From Catajapyx aquilonaris (Eukaryota): DNA of 64,000 nucleotides. The stretch lies in NCBI GenBank assembly GCA_000934665.2, contig KZ537956.1:124001-188000 (forward strand), written 5' to 3'. Below are positions 47,840 to 61,292 of this stretch, piece after piece (positions within the stretch are counted from its first letter, which is position 1; each line of letters starts with the position of its first letter). Made by a program: the position numbers and the translations under genes. The notes beneath the pieces were generated by a model. The model searched no databases. It worked only from the letters and a program-made list of their open reading frames with translations, and was not told the DNA's origin.

Positions 47840-50800
47840 CTTAAAATTATTTTGGTAAATGAATAAATAAATATACAGAAAAATCAAATTAAGCCGACAG
47901 ATAGTCAGGCATATAGTATTTGAAGGCCTGCCGACTGGTCCTGGTCAGCACGGCGTCGTCGGCCCCTATTTTTCGGTTTTATCTCCTAGATTTTACGTGG
48001 CTGTAAAGGGCTGGATGCGACTACGATCCCCCCCCCCTCCTCTTCCGCCTCCCCCTCTCTAACCCTGGGGCCATTTGTCCGATACCCTCAACGCCCAAAC
48101 TTAAGTGGAGGTACAAATCAAAGACACTGCCCAGGCTCGACGTTTAGACTGATGAACAGGCACTAATTCCTCCCAGTTAAAAACAGCTTAATCCCCATCC
48201 GCCAGCCTCGTTACCACTTCTTTCAGGACGGGAAAAAGCACAAGGCGCTCGGTAAACAACCTCCAAAAAGTCCCAGTGATTACACCCCCGCCTGGTAAAA
48301 AGTGATGCGAAACGGACATTCCACTTAGGTGGAAAATAGGTGCCAAAAAAGGCCTCATTCGCATGGAAGCTTGAAAAAGAAACTCCAGAGGCGAGGCTTC
48401 AATCTCTTCGTTTATGGGACAATCGACCCTGTCTATCCTCAGCATCTTGTCTCCTTTTTGTGGACGTCCCATTTTAACGATTTCCGATCAGGTCTTCTGG
48501 TATAGGTCCATCCGAATTTTGGGTGGGGGACCAAATTGACGCGAGTCGAACCCTATTAGCTCAATGAGGCTCGTTAAGGCGGATTTCGGAGATGCCACTG
48601 GATATATTCGCCAGAGACTATGAATATAGGTGATGGTACCAGATTGATCGATACCATTTTTCCGGATTCTTCTCCTGGTTGATTACCAATCAGGTTTTAA
48701 TCCCTTCGAGAAACCAGCAGGTTCGATGGCGACAACAACAACGACCTGCACTATACGTGCGTCCGGGCTATACTTTATGGACGTGAAGAAGTAGTCACGC
48801 CTGGATGAGAAAATGAGGGCTGACACCGTCGAGTGTCGTACTTTGGGAGAATGGAACCTCTTCCCATGACCTTTCCCACCATTTGGGCCGGCACACGAGC
48901 TGGGACCGGAACCACAATGCCGTCAGGACATCGATCTCTCGACCCAGGATTGAAGGGCCACCCGGACGAGCCATAGCACACACAGTGAGTCACTAAACCT
49001 ACCCGATAGTCAATGCGATTTGTTCAAAGGTTGGCTCTGACGTGGTCATAGAGGAAGAGCAACTTTTGCCAGAAAAAACAAAATTGCCAGTTCTTCAACG
49101 TGAATATTCCACACATCACACACTGTACGATCCAATCACCAACCCGAATAATCTGATTCTGATCAATCTCGGAGTCACAACCCTTCAGCCTGTTAGGAAT
49201 GGAAATTAGCATGTTTAATTTCGAAAATGGTTTGATTTAATTTCACCCATGCTAATTTGCCCACAAATCACACACGCATAAAATTAAAGGTTGAGTCATG
49301 CTTTTAAATTACTGAAGGGGGGTCAGCCCACCCTCTAACGAAAATTTCACATTATCGTGGCACTTTGGCCAAGCAAATAACCCTGTGCATGCGACAGTTG
49401 GCGCCATTTTCCTCAGGCAATGCTGGGCAAATTGGCCGACAGGTGGACTCCCCGAGTAATTTACAATTTACTCGAGTTATGCAAAGGATCCATCTCTTAG
49501 CTCGAGCAAATAGATTGTGATCGTATCTTTGTACACTCGCCCGCCCAATTCTGCAGCCAGTTAAATTAAGAAGCAAAGAAATATGGAGCCGCGATTTATA
49601 GCCCGCTGCAAAACGGTCGTGCAGATCTAATTATCTTATCTGGCTTATTATGAATTTTCTGCTCTGGCAGATCTGAAGATCTCGCCTTTTATTTTGCCAG
49701 GCAATATCGTCGTGTTCATATTTACGAGTCCGCAGTATACCTCCCGCTTATCTTAGATTTGTTCAGTTGGAAATGGTTTTATTAACACACAGTCGGGGCC
49801 AGCCAAAATGAAAAATACCCTCGAGCAAATGGCCCAAATAATTGCATATGCAACTAGAATTATTCCACACGTAAGGCATGTCGGTAACAACATGACTAAT
49901 GTGACACTCTGCGTGCTCGCGGTTATTTCTGGTTCGAAAAATATTCTTTCAAGAGGTTACCTCTACCCAAAAGTAACCGAGTGTCACAGGCACTGTGGCT
50001 GACATGATAATATGTCGGATGTATTCAAGAAGAGGCACGCAAACTCTTTGAGTCCCCGAGCCCAGAATCTAATATAGACGCGCGCAATCTGACACTTCCA
50101 TCCATCCACTCTTGTCATCCCATTTTGCTTTGAGTCTTTTTGTGTGGGTGTGTGTGCAAGTTTCTGGCATGCCCCTGTCAATACCCGGAAGTCCTTTGGA
50201 AGTCAGAAAATGGAGGGATCGGCCACCTCGCCAAAGGGCGTCGCAAGCCAGCCTCTCCACACGTCCTCTCGATATTGTTGGCCACCCCCTGAAGCCGATA
50301 CAAAAAGGAAGAATCGGGATCCCACAAGGGAACTGGAAAGAAAAGGTTTGCTCTCCCAAGAAAAGGTCCTTTTGTTTATAAAAAAAAGTATGGGTCGAAT
50401 TAGCTGGACTAACCTTTTCCGCGTGACATTTTCAGGTGACCCGCACGTGTGGGTCTGCAGCGGAGTGCAATTTCGCTTGTCACTTGCCTCGTTTGTGCTT
50501 CCTAGGTTTGAATAAAGAAGATTCCACTCGAGGGAAAAATCTCGGAGAAAATGTGGATAATAATTCCGGGACCCTCCCGGACGGAAGAGATAGCCCGGAG
50601 GCACTCGAGTAACTAAGTTGGGCTGAATAACTTGCCAGTTTCGTCAACTGCTAAAATTTTAAACAAACAACAGGAGTATGCTGAACTTAATTCATTGCTA
50701 GAATAATGCATTTTTTTTGAAATTTCCATTACAAAATTTTTATCTGATCCGCTCAATAAAGGCCGTGAGCCATGTAGACAGTGATGGCACCCAACTACTA

Positions 50801-53800
50801 TAGTGTCCCCTTGCTCAGGTGGTATTATTATGCAAGTTCATTCCGCGTGTGCCTAATACAGTACATACTGCGCTGTACCGCGGTTCGGCTGTGGTGAATT
50901 TTAAATATTCCAGTCTTGCATAATGGCGGCCATCCATGCCACTACCCACATGTCAATGCTCACTGACGTAGACAGAGCCCCCCCAACCCATCAGCATATA
51001 GCTGCTCTGCATTTTTAACATGCCCACCCGAGTTATGACTCTCGACATATGCACCTTACATTATGCAGGGGTCACACGCCACTATCTGACCACACTAAGT
51101 CAAGGCTGCACCATATTGATCCCATGGTATGTCTGTACGTATAGCAGGCGTCCAATTCCATCGAGGGCTATTGTTTCCTTTATTGACCTTTAGGAAGTCT
51201 TAGAACAGTAGGGATGGGAAAAAAGAGCCTATACGACACTTTTCCTTCCGGAGCAGCCTCACACCACTCCTCCGATTTCCCCTCCTCATAAAGACCCAAT
51301 TATGACCCTCTCCCAGGCCCTTATGCATGGAAGAACCCCCTTTTAGAGAAGCAATTGCAAGGATTTGAAACTCATAAGATGGCCTTGCTTCCAATAATGA
51401 CCGCTCTTAACCTGCCGAATGGGAAGGTTTTACTATTGCAGCCGCAAAAAGTGGGCGAATTACTCTCTCCACTTGATGGCCCACCACCTCCTCTTCAAAA
51501 AGAACCATTTTATACTTCCAGCTTGAATTTCAGTAAGGAACTTCCAGCCTTCTTCGCCATTTTGCCACTCCAGGAGAGAGCTTTTGGGCGCCAAACAACA
51601 CCGATCATTAATCGGCTTCATTCTGAGCTCACCTACTTGTCCGTGAATTATTCCAGTCAACCGCGACTTTTAGGGCCCCCGCGATATGCCATAAATTCTC
51701 GAGGTAATGACTTCATTGGTTTCCCTTATATTCGTGCCCCCCCAACCCCCCACGCTGGGAAAACTCGGGTTCACCATCAATAACACCCGGAATAGTACTG
51801 CCCCCACTAAATCCTTCATTTCGCAGTACATGAACAATATCCATAAACCCCTGACTGAGAGCAAGGCAATTTTCTGTTTACCCCATTCAATAAACAGGCA
51901 ACCGAATTGACCCAAAAGGGGACACTAGGTTCAATCCTCTTTTCTCATAACTGGGCCGGACATTTTCAGGAAATTTCTTCATATTCCATTTGGGACAACA
52001 GCACCATGTCCCAGCACTTGACCGGACAGCAGGCGGCAGCTGTTCCGTTGCGATAAAGACCGTTTTCTGCGCATTATTGGGGGGGTTGGAGGCTGGTGCG
52101 GGCGAGGTACCAACTTTGCACGCGTTTGTGCACGTGCACAATGATCGGGGAAGAACATGGCTTGCGGTTTAGCTGGCTCAGTAGTCACCGATCCCCACCC
52201 ACCCCTCCTTATTTCATATATAGCCATCCCCCGGCAGCAGCACGCTCCCAATTCCTTCCCTAATGCTCGTGTCTCAAGTTATGGACGATTATTTCCCTCC
52301 TCTAATGCGATTCCAGGGCCCGATTGTAGTGCACGCCCAAATTCTCCATGGCTGCACAGGACAGACAAATCCCGATGCCTCGTTAGCGGTTTGTAGCTCA
52401 AATCCCAGAAAATACTGCGCGATCCAATTAGTTCTAGACCCTGACAATGCTGCCGAGAAGGAAATTGGAACGATACTGTCCTCAGAGAAGAGATAGAGAT
52501 AGAAAAAAAATAGGGGCGTTGCACTAGTACTATTCAGGCAAGTATAATCGATCATTCCCCCACTGTAATATCTTGCTGGGTATAATCTGCAAGTGTCTTC
52601 AGACTAGAATTTTGGGCTTGAACCCAAATGAGCCCAGCGTGTAAGTGAGTGAGTCGGACATGGATAGGACATGGTGCTGCTGGTGCTGCCGGAGAAGGGC
52701 CAGCCCAGCCAGGCCAGTCTCTTCCTTGCTGCTTGCTGCATGCACGAGCACATTAGTGTCCAGAATCCGTGCATCTGGTCGGAAAGTTCGCAGCTAGCCG
52801 CTGGGAACGGGCGCAGGGGATAATCTGCTTTCATAATTACGTGCAGCGCAGCCGTAAACCAAGTTGGCTGCTGGCGGAAGAGTCCTGAGCTGGACCCAGC
52901 AAGCCGAGCTAATCAGGGAATAAGCTGAGGAAGATGGAACTCTCCAGATGGAACAAGGACCACGCCAGGAACAAGCCCAAGGCTACTGACTCAACCTGAA
53001 TAGTGTGGCCTAAAAATCACGTCAGATCAGTTCGACTGAAAACAACCAAAAAAACAAAGTGTGTTCAGCTGCTACACCTCATTAGTTCCCAAACTGCAAC
53101 CTAAAACAACTCTGGGGCAAACGACAGCAACCGAGAGTCATTAGGCCTATTCATCACCTTTCCCTCTCAACCCACAAAAGACCGCCTATATTCGTACTTC
53201 TGTTTCTCACCAAGTCGATTTGGAGCAGCCATTTCTTCCTATTTATTCTTCTCTGGCTATGTTTTAGGGGTGTGTGTAGCTCCTTGACTCTTCTTCTCTT
53301 CCTCCCCTTGCTTCTTTTCAGCAGCTCATTACCATTTTTTCCCGTCTGGAGAAAATTGCCTACAGATGGGAAACGTTTTCTGGGTGGAAGAGATGCAATT
53401 TGGAAATGGACGTATAAAATGGCCGCGAGCTGTCACTCGGCTCGCTCACTGCACAGCGCACCTTCAACCCGACTGATCATCCCACGTTCTGTTGACGTTT
53501 CATACGTCCCATGGAAAGGAAAAAAAAATACACGGCCTACGGTTACCCTCGGATCCTATAATAATATTACGCCCTCAAAAATTGGCAAAAAAAATTTCGC
53601 GGAAAATTGGATTTTTTCATCACCTACCTGTAATTTACCTTCACTATTGAAACAGTGTGTCAAAACCAGAATATTCGAGTGGCACAAAAAAAGGAAGGCA
53701 GGAAAGTAGTGGTAGGCATTTCTCAAGTTAGCGACCTTAAGTGACCGGTGAGAGCGTTTCCACAAGCCAAGTAAGCACAACTTGAAGGAAAATCGGTTGC

Positions 53801-55961
53801 TCTGCCCAAACGAATTGCCTACAGGACTGCCGGAAAGAGATTGCATGGGGGCGCGATCGAAAGAAGCTCCTTTCTTTTCTTTTCCTCCTTCTTCAACCCA
53901 GCTCGCTTTTTTTCCTACAAAAAAAAGTGCCTGTGCATTTCGGCTCAAAAAAAAGCGTGAGAAAAGAGCAGTTGTTAAGCCACTGCCCATCAGAAATTTT
54001 GCACACTGATCGAATCATTTGGAGTTATAGCTCCAATCGACGCACTATTTTTGTTGGCTCCACTGTATAGCTGAAAATAGAGAGCGAAGTCGACGCAATA
54101 CTAAACCACTCCCAGGAGGACCAAATTGGAACGTTTATGTCTCTTATATATCCTCAAAAAATGATACAGCGGGTCTTCCTATATTGGAACCAGATCCCAC
54201 TATAAACTTAAAAGGGATTTAGCTTTATATATCGGTCCCTAGCGGAAGGCCCATAATTTTGGCAACTTTGGCAACTCACTCAATTCCGATATAGTCGCAC
54301 ACAATTTTTGCAGGACCTCCCATGATATTATAATTACAACTCTCGCCTCCCGGGGTAATTCCATGCCATTAGGACACGCACCTTTCTTAACCGCAACAAA
54401 GTCCAACACTTAATTTTCATTTGCAGTTTGAAATCCGGGTTTCCTAGTTGCTGCTCGGGCCCTACGTGCGCGGCATGTACGGATTAGGCCCTTTTATGGG
54501 TTCCATCCGTGAATGGCGGAAATGCAGCCTGCTTGTATATTCTGGATAACTAGGCAAGGAGAGATTTTCTGGGGCCTTACTTGCCACCGGGAGGAGCGTT
54601 TATAACGTTGGGCTAGTTCCTGAAACTTCCCCGGGGAATAGAGACTTGTTAGGTGGAGTGTCGCCGGCAGGTTTAACTCGGCGCAGTATGCTCCTTCCTC
54701 CAGTTGATACCGCTTGAAAAATGTGCATTTAAGCTCGGCTAAACTTACCACTGACGGCTCCCCCGATATATATACGGTTGGAGCTGAATACAGTTTGTGT
54801 ACATCAACTTGGCCCCGTATATATCCGGAATAAATGGAAATGCTGCGCTTTTGCTCCATGACACACAGTTGCAGTTCGAGGGTTGAATGACGGCTTCAAA
54901 ACACAATCTCTTTTGACTTGCTGGTGAGAGAAATGGACACGCGCTGTCATTTTCCAACAGTGTTAATGAAAAAAAAGCGCATTATACAAAGCTCCACAAA
55001 GAATCGGGGGATGAAATCCTTCCCTCGCGGATTTGTATTACACCGGATTACTAGCAGTTGCCGCTACAACAAAACTAACAAACGGTCGGAAAAAAATTCG
55101 CAATAAATCTACAAACCCTCTCAAGTTGCTCGAAAACTCAAATTCCATAAAGTGTGCTCCCCTGCTGTATTACACCAGGCAGTACACTAGGATAATTACA
55201 AATCCGGCCCAACAAAAACAACATAATCATTAGCAGTACGGGTTGGTAAGGCCCTGCTACTTCTATGACTATAAAAACAAACCGGCAACAATATTAGCAT
55301 CATAAAAGGGCTTCCCGCACTTTTTTTTCCTCCCTATACACGGTACCGATGAGGACCGGACCTGCTGAAAATTGCGATGTCTCCTGGACCTGCGATTTTG
55401 GCACTTTTCCTTTGACAGACATCATCGTAATGACCATCTTTCTTCCTTTCGCCTTTTCTGCCGATTCCGCATGTGCAACTCCGACCCGTCTAATTGGGCC
55501 CATGATTCTCTCCGGATGGCCCTGTCCACACTCTTCCTCGGATGTGTGCTGGGGAAAGAGACATACAAAAAAAATGGTGCTAGAGAAAGGCAATGTGCGG
55601 CAATTTCCCCCCCTCATCTCTTGGGGTCCTCCTCCTATCTCTTCTTCATCCTTTGCCTTTCATTCTCCTCAGACGTCTTCCACTGATATCGATTGGCCGA
55701 GTCCATTGCCTGGGCTCAGGGTGGTGAGGGTCCCATCTACGGTGCCAGTAACCATGGGGAGCGTGCGTCATTGCGTGCCGGGTCCGGACAACGCATCACT
55801 ACAACCAGGGATCTATTTTCAGTCGGTGTCGGAGTTGGATTAATTATTCAATTCGGAGCCAGAGATGTCTCACATGTTGCGGTCGCGGCTCTTAATTATT
55901 TAAAAAGTTTAATTTTTAGTCGCGGCGGCGTCGAACTGTGTGCTGCCTTTTAGAAAAAGAA

Positions 55962-55978
55962 GGGGGGGNGGGGGGGGG
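55962..55978 (+). repeat. Poly-G tract interrupted by a single N (55969)
   Basis: G7-N-G9. Confidence 0.9.
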
Positions 55979-58900
55979 ATTGGACGAAAATCGTTCGGGG
56001 AAATGTGTGTCGGGTAATCGTGATAAATGTCACCTGGTGCAAATGGGTAGGGTAACCTTCGTGTCTGTGGGCGGTAAATCGAGTTAGCAGTCCCTCCCAG
56101 ACGACGTTGAGCTTGCACTCTCCCGTGCCCCGCGACTATCTATATCTGTCCTTTCCCAGCACTGCAAGAAAGGGCCAAGTAAAACCCCCCATATAGCCAT
56201 TGACATTCGCCAATGGTTCACACCTGCAGTAATTACACACCCTCTTTTTAAAAATGCTGGAAATTATTGGCACAGCTCCATACTTTAATTACACTCCCTG
56301 CCAATAAAAATCCGTTATGATTTTACGATTACTAAAAATCGCTCGTAAAAGGCGGCCCCAATCGTTCATAGATTGAATAATAGTTCGCCGGTCGAATACC
56401 TCAGTGCTGGGCAATTCAAGACTGCAAGTCACATCTTATTCCTCTTTTTCCCGGTCGTTAAGCAGTGCTGGTTGGAGCATGTCGAAGTGCTCCAGATGAT
56501 CTAATCTGTTATTGGACAGGAGTTTCTGGCTATATTCCGGTGGGTGGGTGGGGGGGGGGAGGAAGATGTAAAGAAAAGAAACCCCTTCCGACCACTATCT
56601 TTTTATTGCGTCAGCCCAGAAAAGTTTCCGTATTTTTCCGGCTGCAGAATGAATGGCATGATCCCAAGTGATGCCTCCAACATAAGGCCTGGCAAAGCAT
56701 TCATCGAGAGATAAATGGCCAAGTAGGTATTGCAGCTGTCTGTCGGTCAAACGAATGTTCTTTCTTATCCGCAGTCAACAACACTGCGCAGTTTTTTACC
56801 CCAAAAAATGTTATAATTACATAGTTCTGTAACGTGATATTACATTATGACCGCCCAGAGTTTCTGGTGCTGTGCACATACGTTTGGCATCCCCTTGATG
56901 ATTACCGCGAGTTCGGAGGAGGCCCTGCAAAAAAGGGATGTTCATAAAGCCGATGTCATTTACCATAGAATTTTTTTTGGTCCATCCAACTATAGCTGGG
57001 ATGGTGGAATCATGACAAGCTCCGGCTGAAAAATGCATGACAAATCAATAAAGGGTCCTCCTTTATTCCTGCCGTTCTCTCCAGCTCTCACCTCATCCGG
57101 ACTGCGAAATGACTTTGTTTACTCTCATTCCGGCCGCCCATTTCGCCCTGGCCCACTTGCCAATAACAGCATTTTTAGCGGACGCCCAGAGATACCAAAT
57201 CGACCGTAAAGAGTGCGAAAAGGTAACTAACACGACGGAAGATTTCTGTAACGCTGCCTCCGCGACCCATTATCGACTCTGATGACCCATAAAAAATGTC
57301 AAAACTGTACTAAAAGGAGCAAAGAGAAAGGACCTTTTAAACGAAAAATCCCTTCTCAAATCTCGCTTTACCGCATTTTTATCTGTGTGTTTACGAGTTG
57401 AACAATCGCCTTTCGAGACGTCCCGGTTTTCATAAAGCATAAAGAGAAGCAAGTACTGCAATATTCACAGGGACGGCCGCCCATTTAACCGCCTCACTGC
57501 TGGCTCAGGAAAGGTTGTTAACTACTACTACCAAACTTATCCGCTTGAATCCCTAAGTAGGATCCCCCTCAAACCCCCTACCCAAAAGACGTGATCGACA
57601 TTCTTGCACCCTAATCTACGTGCTTATTCCGCTCAATATTTCTCAATCCGACCTTTTTTTCTCTCGCATTTCTCCCATAAATCCACTCTTCAAGATGATG
57701 TCCTTTTCGACTTGGACAAAAAAAAATCCGGATTTTGGCAGAATTTGCATGTACCGGTACGCCCACAATGTGCTTGGAAAAAAATATTATTTGTTTCAAG
57801 TAGCTTTTTGGTTACATTTCCTGAATCGTTTTGAGCACAAAGAAACACCATGGTGTAATACAGCATGCTCCATGTTGGCCCCAGCAGCAGAGTCGATTCA
57901 TCATGAGGTGTGAGTGGTTGGAGGATGCGAAATGGTCGGAACGAATGCGGCGGAGGAAATGGGCAAAAGGCAAGGAAGGGGGAAAAGGCAAGCCCAGAAT
58001 AGGAACGACGAAGAAGAAGGCGCCGGCGCCTCCTTCCTCTGCTGCCTTCCCCCCCTCAACATCAGTTCGGGAGGAGGCTGCAACTTCACACCAATAATGC
58101 TTCGTCTTCATTTGCTCACCTCCATGCGCGAGTGAAAACACTAATCTTAAACACCCGGACCCGAGTTGGGCCAAATTACAGTCAGGGAAGGAAAAGGGTT
58201 TCCGAGAGACGTGCCCCCCCAACTGCAATGTGTCATGGTTACGTGGGGGAGGGAAAAGCAAAAGGAGTGCAAAATACGCCACTTTGCGCTATAACTTACA
58301 TCTGGACTACTATTATCCCCGGAGTTTTAAAAGTCGATACTGGCTGGCTCTGTCTGCGCGCGCAAATCTACTGGACAAAAAAAATGCACCTTCACGCTAC
58401 ATACACTCGTCGCCTAAACGCGTTTTAATTAAGACGCGCCACTACTTCAATTGGGCCATTTTTTGCCCCCTAATTAAACCATAGCAAATTGGCGGTACAG
58501 AGATGCGTTTACATTGGAAATCGGCTAGAATGTTGCCCGGTGGTGCCTATGGCATGCGAGGATCCGCTTTTGGTAGATTAGAATTATTGCATGTGGAATG
58601 AGATATTATCCTCCATGTCTAATTACCGCGGGGTGGAACCGACCGCCCTTAATGGTCCTTATTAAGTTTCAATTATCGCTCTTTCTCAAAAGACACACAA
58701 TATATGGGCAAACTCTCTCCCCACAACAATACTGCAGTACTCGCACTGTATTTTTTTCTGGCACGTTGATGCCTCTCCCTGGGTTGAGCTGCGACACACG
58801 CGCCGTTTGGATGAATATTTAAATCGTTATTGAATTTGTCCCCTCTAAATGAGAGAGGCGGATCTTTCGGGGCTTATCGAGCGCCCCCAGGTCCTCTGTA

Positions 58901-59190
58901 TGTGACATTCAGTTATGAGCCTCACGACTGACGCAGATTCATTACGGACGCTGACTTTTGTGCAACGCAAACCCTCTTCATCCCCATATTAAAAACTGCC
59001 ACTTTGTTGCATATTCTTGCTTCATGTCGAATCCCAAAGTGAGCTCAAAAATTCGCAAATTCAAAATTCAGATATTTTGTGAAGGTGACTCCTCAGAGTC
59101 GCTCAGGGATATGGTCCTGGTTCGGGATAAACCATTTATTACGACCGGCCCGGAGCCAGGCCGTCTCACGACTCTCTACCACACCCAGAC

Positions 59191-59205
59191 GCTGCCATCT
59201 AGCGA
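59191..59205 (-). promoter_or_regulatory. Candidate CTCF site
   Basis: Minus strand TCGCTAGATGGCAGC has one mismatch to CCRSYAGRKGGCRSY. Confidence 0.4.
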
Positions 59206-61147
59206 GGGTGGTCGCACATTTTTAACATTTCTGAAGAATTTCCCTCCCAAAAAGATTTGTATGCAAGTACGACGTAGCTGCGACCACTTGTCAACTACAA
59301 TTGGTTGTTGGAGCCCCCTCGCTTCTACTCTCATCGCCCATCGCATCTGGGGTCCCAACAATTGGAGAAAACGCCTCACGTCTGCACTCTCCCCATACAT
59401 ACACACACACCCCACCATGCGCTGCCACACCCCAAATTGTTCCGGCGGCAACATTAGTGCGGACACTCGTAATGACCGCAATCACAGTCGGCGTGCCAAT
59501 CAAGAGGCGGCCACCACTGTCAATCCGGCAACATCGGCGGCCGACCCGTGATGCCACAGGATTCCTAATCACCTTCCTTTTGTCCGCCCCGCCGCCTGCC
59601 AATAATAACCCACCCACATTGTGTCAGGATAAGGCCCGCAACAATCGGCACGTCCCTTGCATGATGGTCAGCCCCACTAAATAAATTTCCAAGAGCTGCT
59701 GGCAATGTCGTTTAGTAAACTGGACGCTTGTACAAGGTGAGTCCGAACAGCACCTCTCCTCTACACTATTTCCACCAAGAAAATACATGACATTGTATTC
59801 AGTGTTGTAAGAAATTATATGAGCAGTGTTATATGGCTATATCCGGTGCCATGTATGAACATAGATTTCCCATGCCCGGTGGGCCTCAAATCTCAATTTG
59901 CGGATCGAGTTACACCCTCCCATATTGCTTTTTAACCGTGGCTCGGTTTTTATTAATTAGTAACGAGAGACTCTCGCCGGAAGAGTCAGATAATTTCTTC
60001 TCCCAGCAATATTACTATTTTGAAACGCATCACCTCTTCGTTTCACTCCCTGGTAAATAAGCCCAGGTTTTCCTCCTCATCGGACTGTGTGAAATATTGA
60101 TTCCGCCTCTTAATTTGTGGGGAAGGCTGTTAAACGGAAAAGGGGTGTGGGGGTGGAATAATGGTCGTAGCTACAAACCTTCTCCATTTCCAACCTCGCA
60201 CCTGATACTGCAGATGTGGCTCCGGAAATCTGCTGGGAAATGTTCCACGCAACCAGTTTTGCCCCCATCAGGGAATGTTGAGGGAAAAAAATATACAGGG
60301 TTGTTTGACAACAACGGAAAACTTATTTGTGTGTGTCAAAGCCATGAAAATTTTAACATGGCATGATTTGAAATTGCATCCATATTAGCACAAATTCCGC
60401 AAAAAAATGCAGCGTGGTACACAAGCCAGCAATCTATTTGCAAGATACTAATCCCTGAATTATGGAAGGGGTTTTTGGGAGCCCCCCAGATTCATCATGG
60501 CTGGTAATTAATTCCGCAAACATAGCTAGGGAATAAATTAGCATATCAGAATTATATGAAAATTGCCAGATATTGGGTATTGAATTTTCAACACTTACTC
60601 CCAGCCTTTTTTTTAAACAAAAAAAAAACTGCGTTCGAAAGGGATTTTCATCTTAGGCAACTTGTCACACCTGCTACGCCATTTATCAAGCATAAACGCT
60701 CCAGCCACCTCGCCACCTGTCAGCCAAGCAAAAAAGTACACAGACCTTAGTTGCTTCAGCTCCCAGGATAAAAAAGGGGAGGGCAGCTGCTTCCTCCCTT
60801 TTAAATGAATAATCCCAGACATCTAATTTGAATCGGAGTCATCTTGGTCCGATGCATCTATTCACTCAATTCCCAAGCATAGATGAGTTGCGCTGTCGAC
60901 CTTATTGGCAATGTAATCCTGGGAGTATACCAGTAGCAGGGGGGTAACTAAGTCTCCCCCTTCCCCTGCCCTCCACCACCCCCTACCCGTCGCTGAAAGC
61001 CCACCAAAATACATTATGCAATCCATTTAATTCGCCTTATTTTTTACGAGCCCATCTATCTTGCCGAGCTGGAGGGGCTAAGCCTAACGAATTGCACAGA
61101 GGCTGTCAGGTTGGAGGTTAAAATCTCCAGGGAAGCAGGGAAAATGG

Positions 61148-61170
61148 GGAGGAGGAGGAGGAGGAGGAGG
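61148..61170 (+). repeat. (GGA)7 microsatellite
   Basis: 23-nt perfect repeat. Confidence 0.9.
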
Positions 61171-61292
61171 CCGATGCTGGGAGAAGGGTACTCTTATGCA
61201 CCATCTTCCTCTACATATATTCGACTATCGACTTATTTACCCTCTGCATAAATCATTCCAAGCTACTTCCTTCGCCACTCTGGCCACCGTAT

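Noticed and set aside
6099..53630. Zelda-type CAGGTAG words (about five seen)
   Set aside because: The count is no higher than expected for a 7-mer in 64 kb and they are not clustered.
54169..54195. Minus-strand IWFQYRKTR resembling homeodomain helix 3
   Set aside because: The invariant Asn51 is Tyr, in-frame stops lie close on both sides, and there is no in-frame helix 1-2 or typical-phase acceptor.
54487..54502. GGCCCTTTTATGGGTT resembling a histone mRNA stem-loop
   Set aside because: The stem is imperfect and there is no histone ORF upstream.
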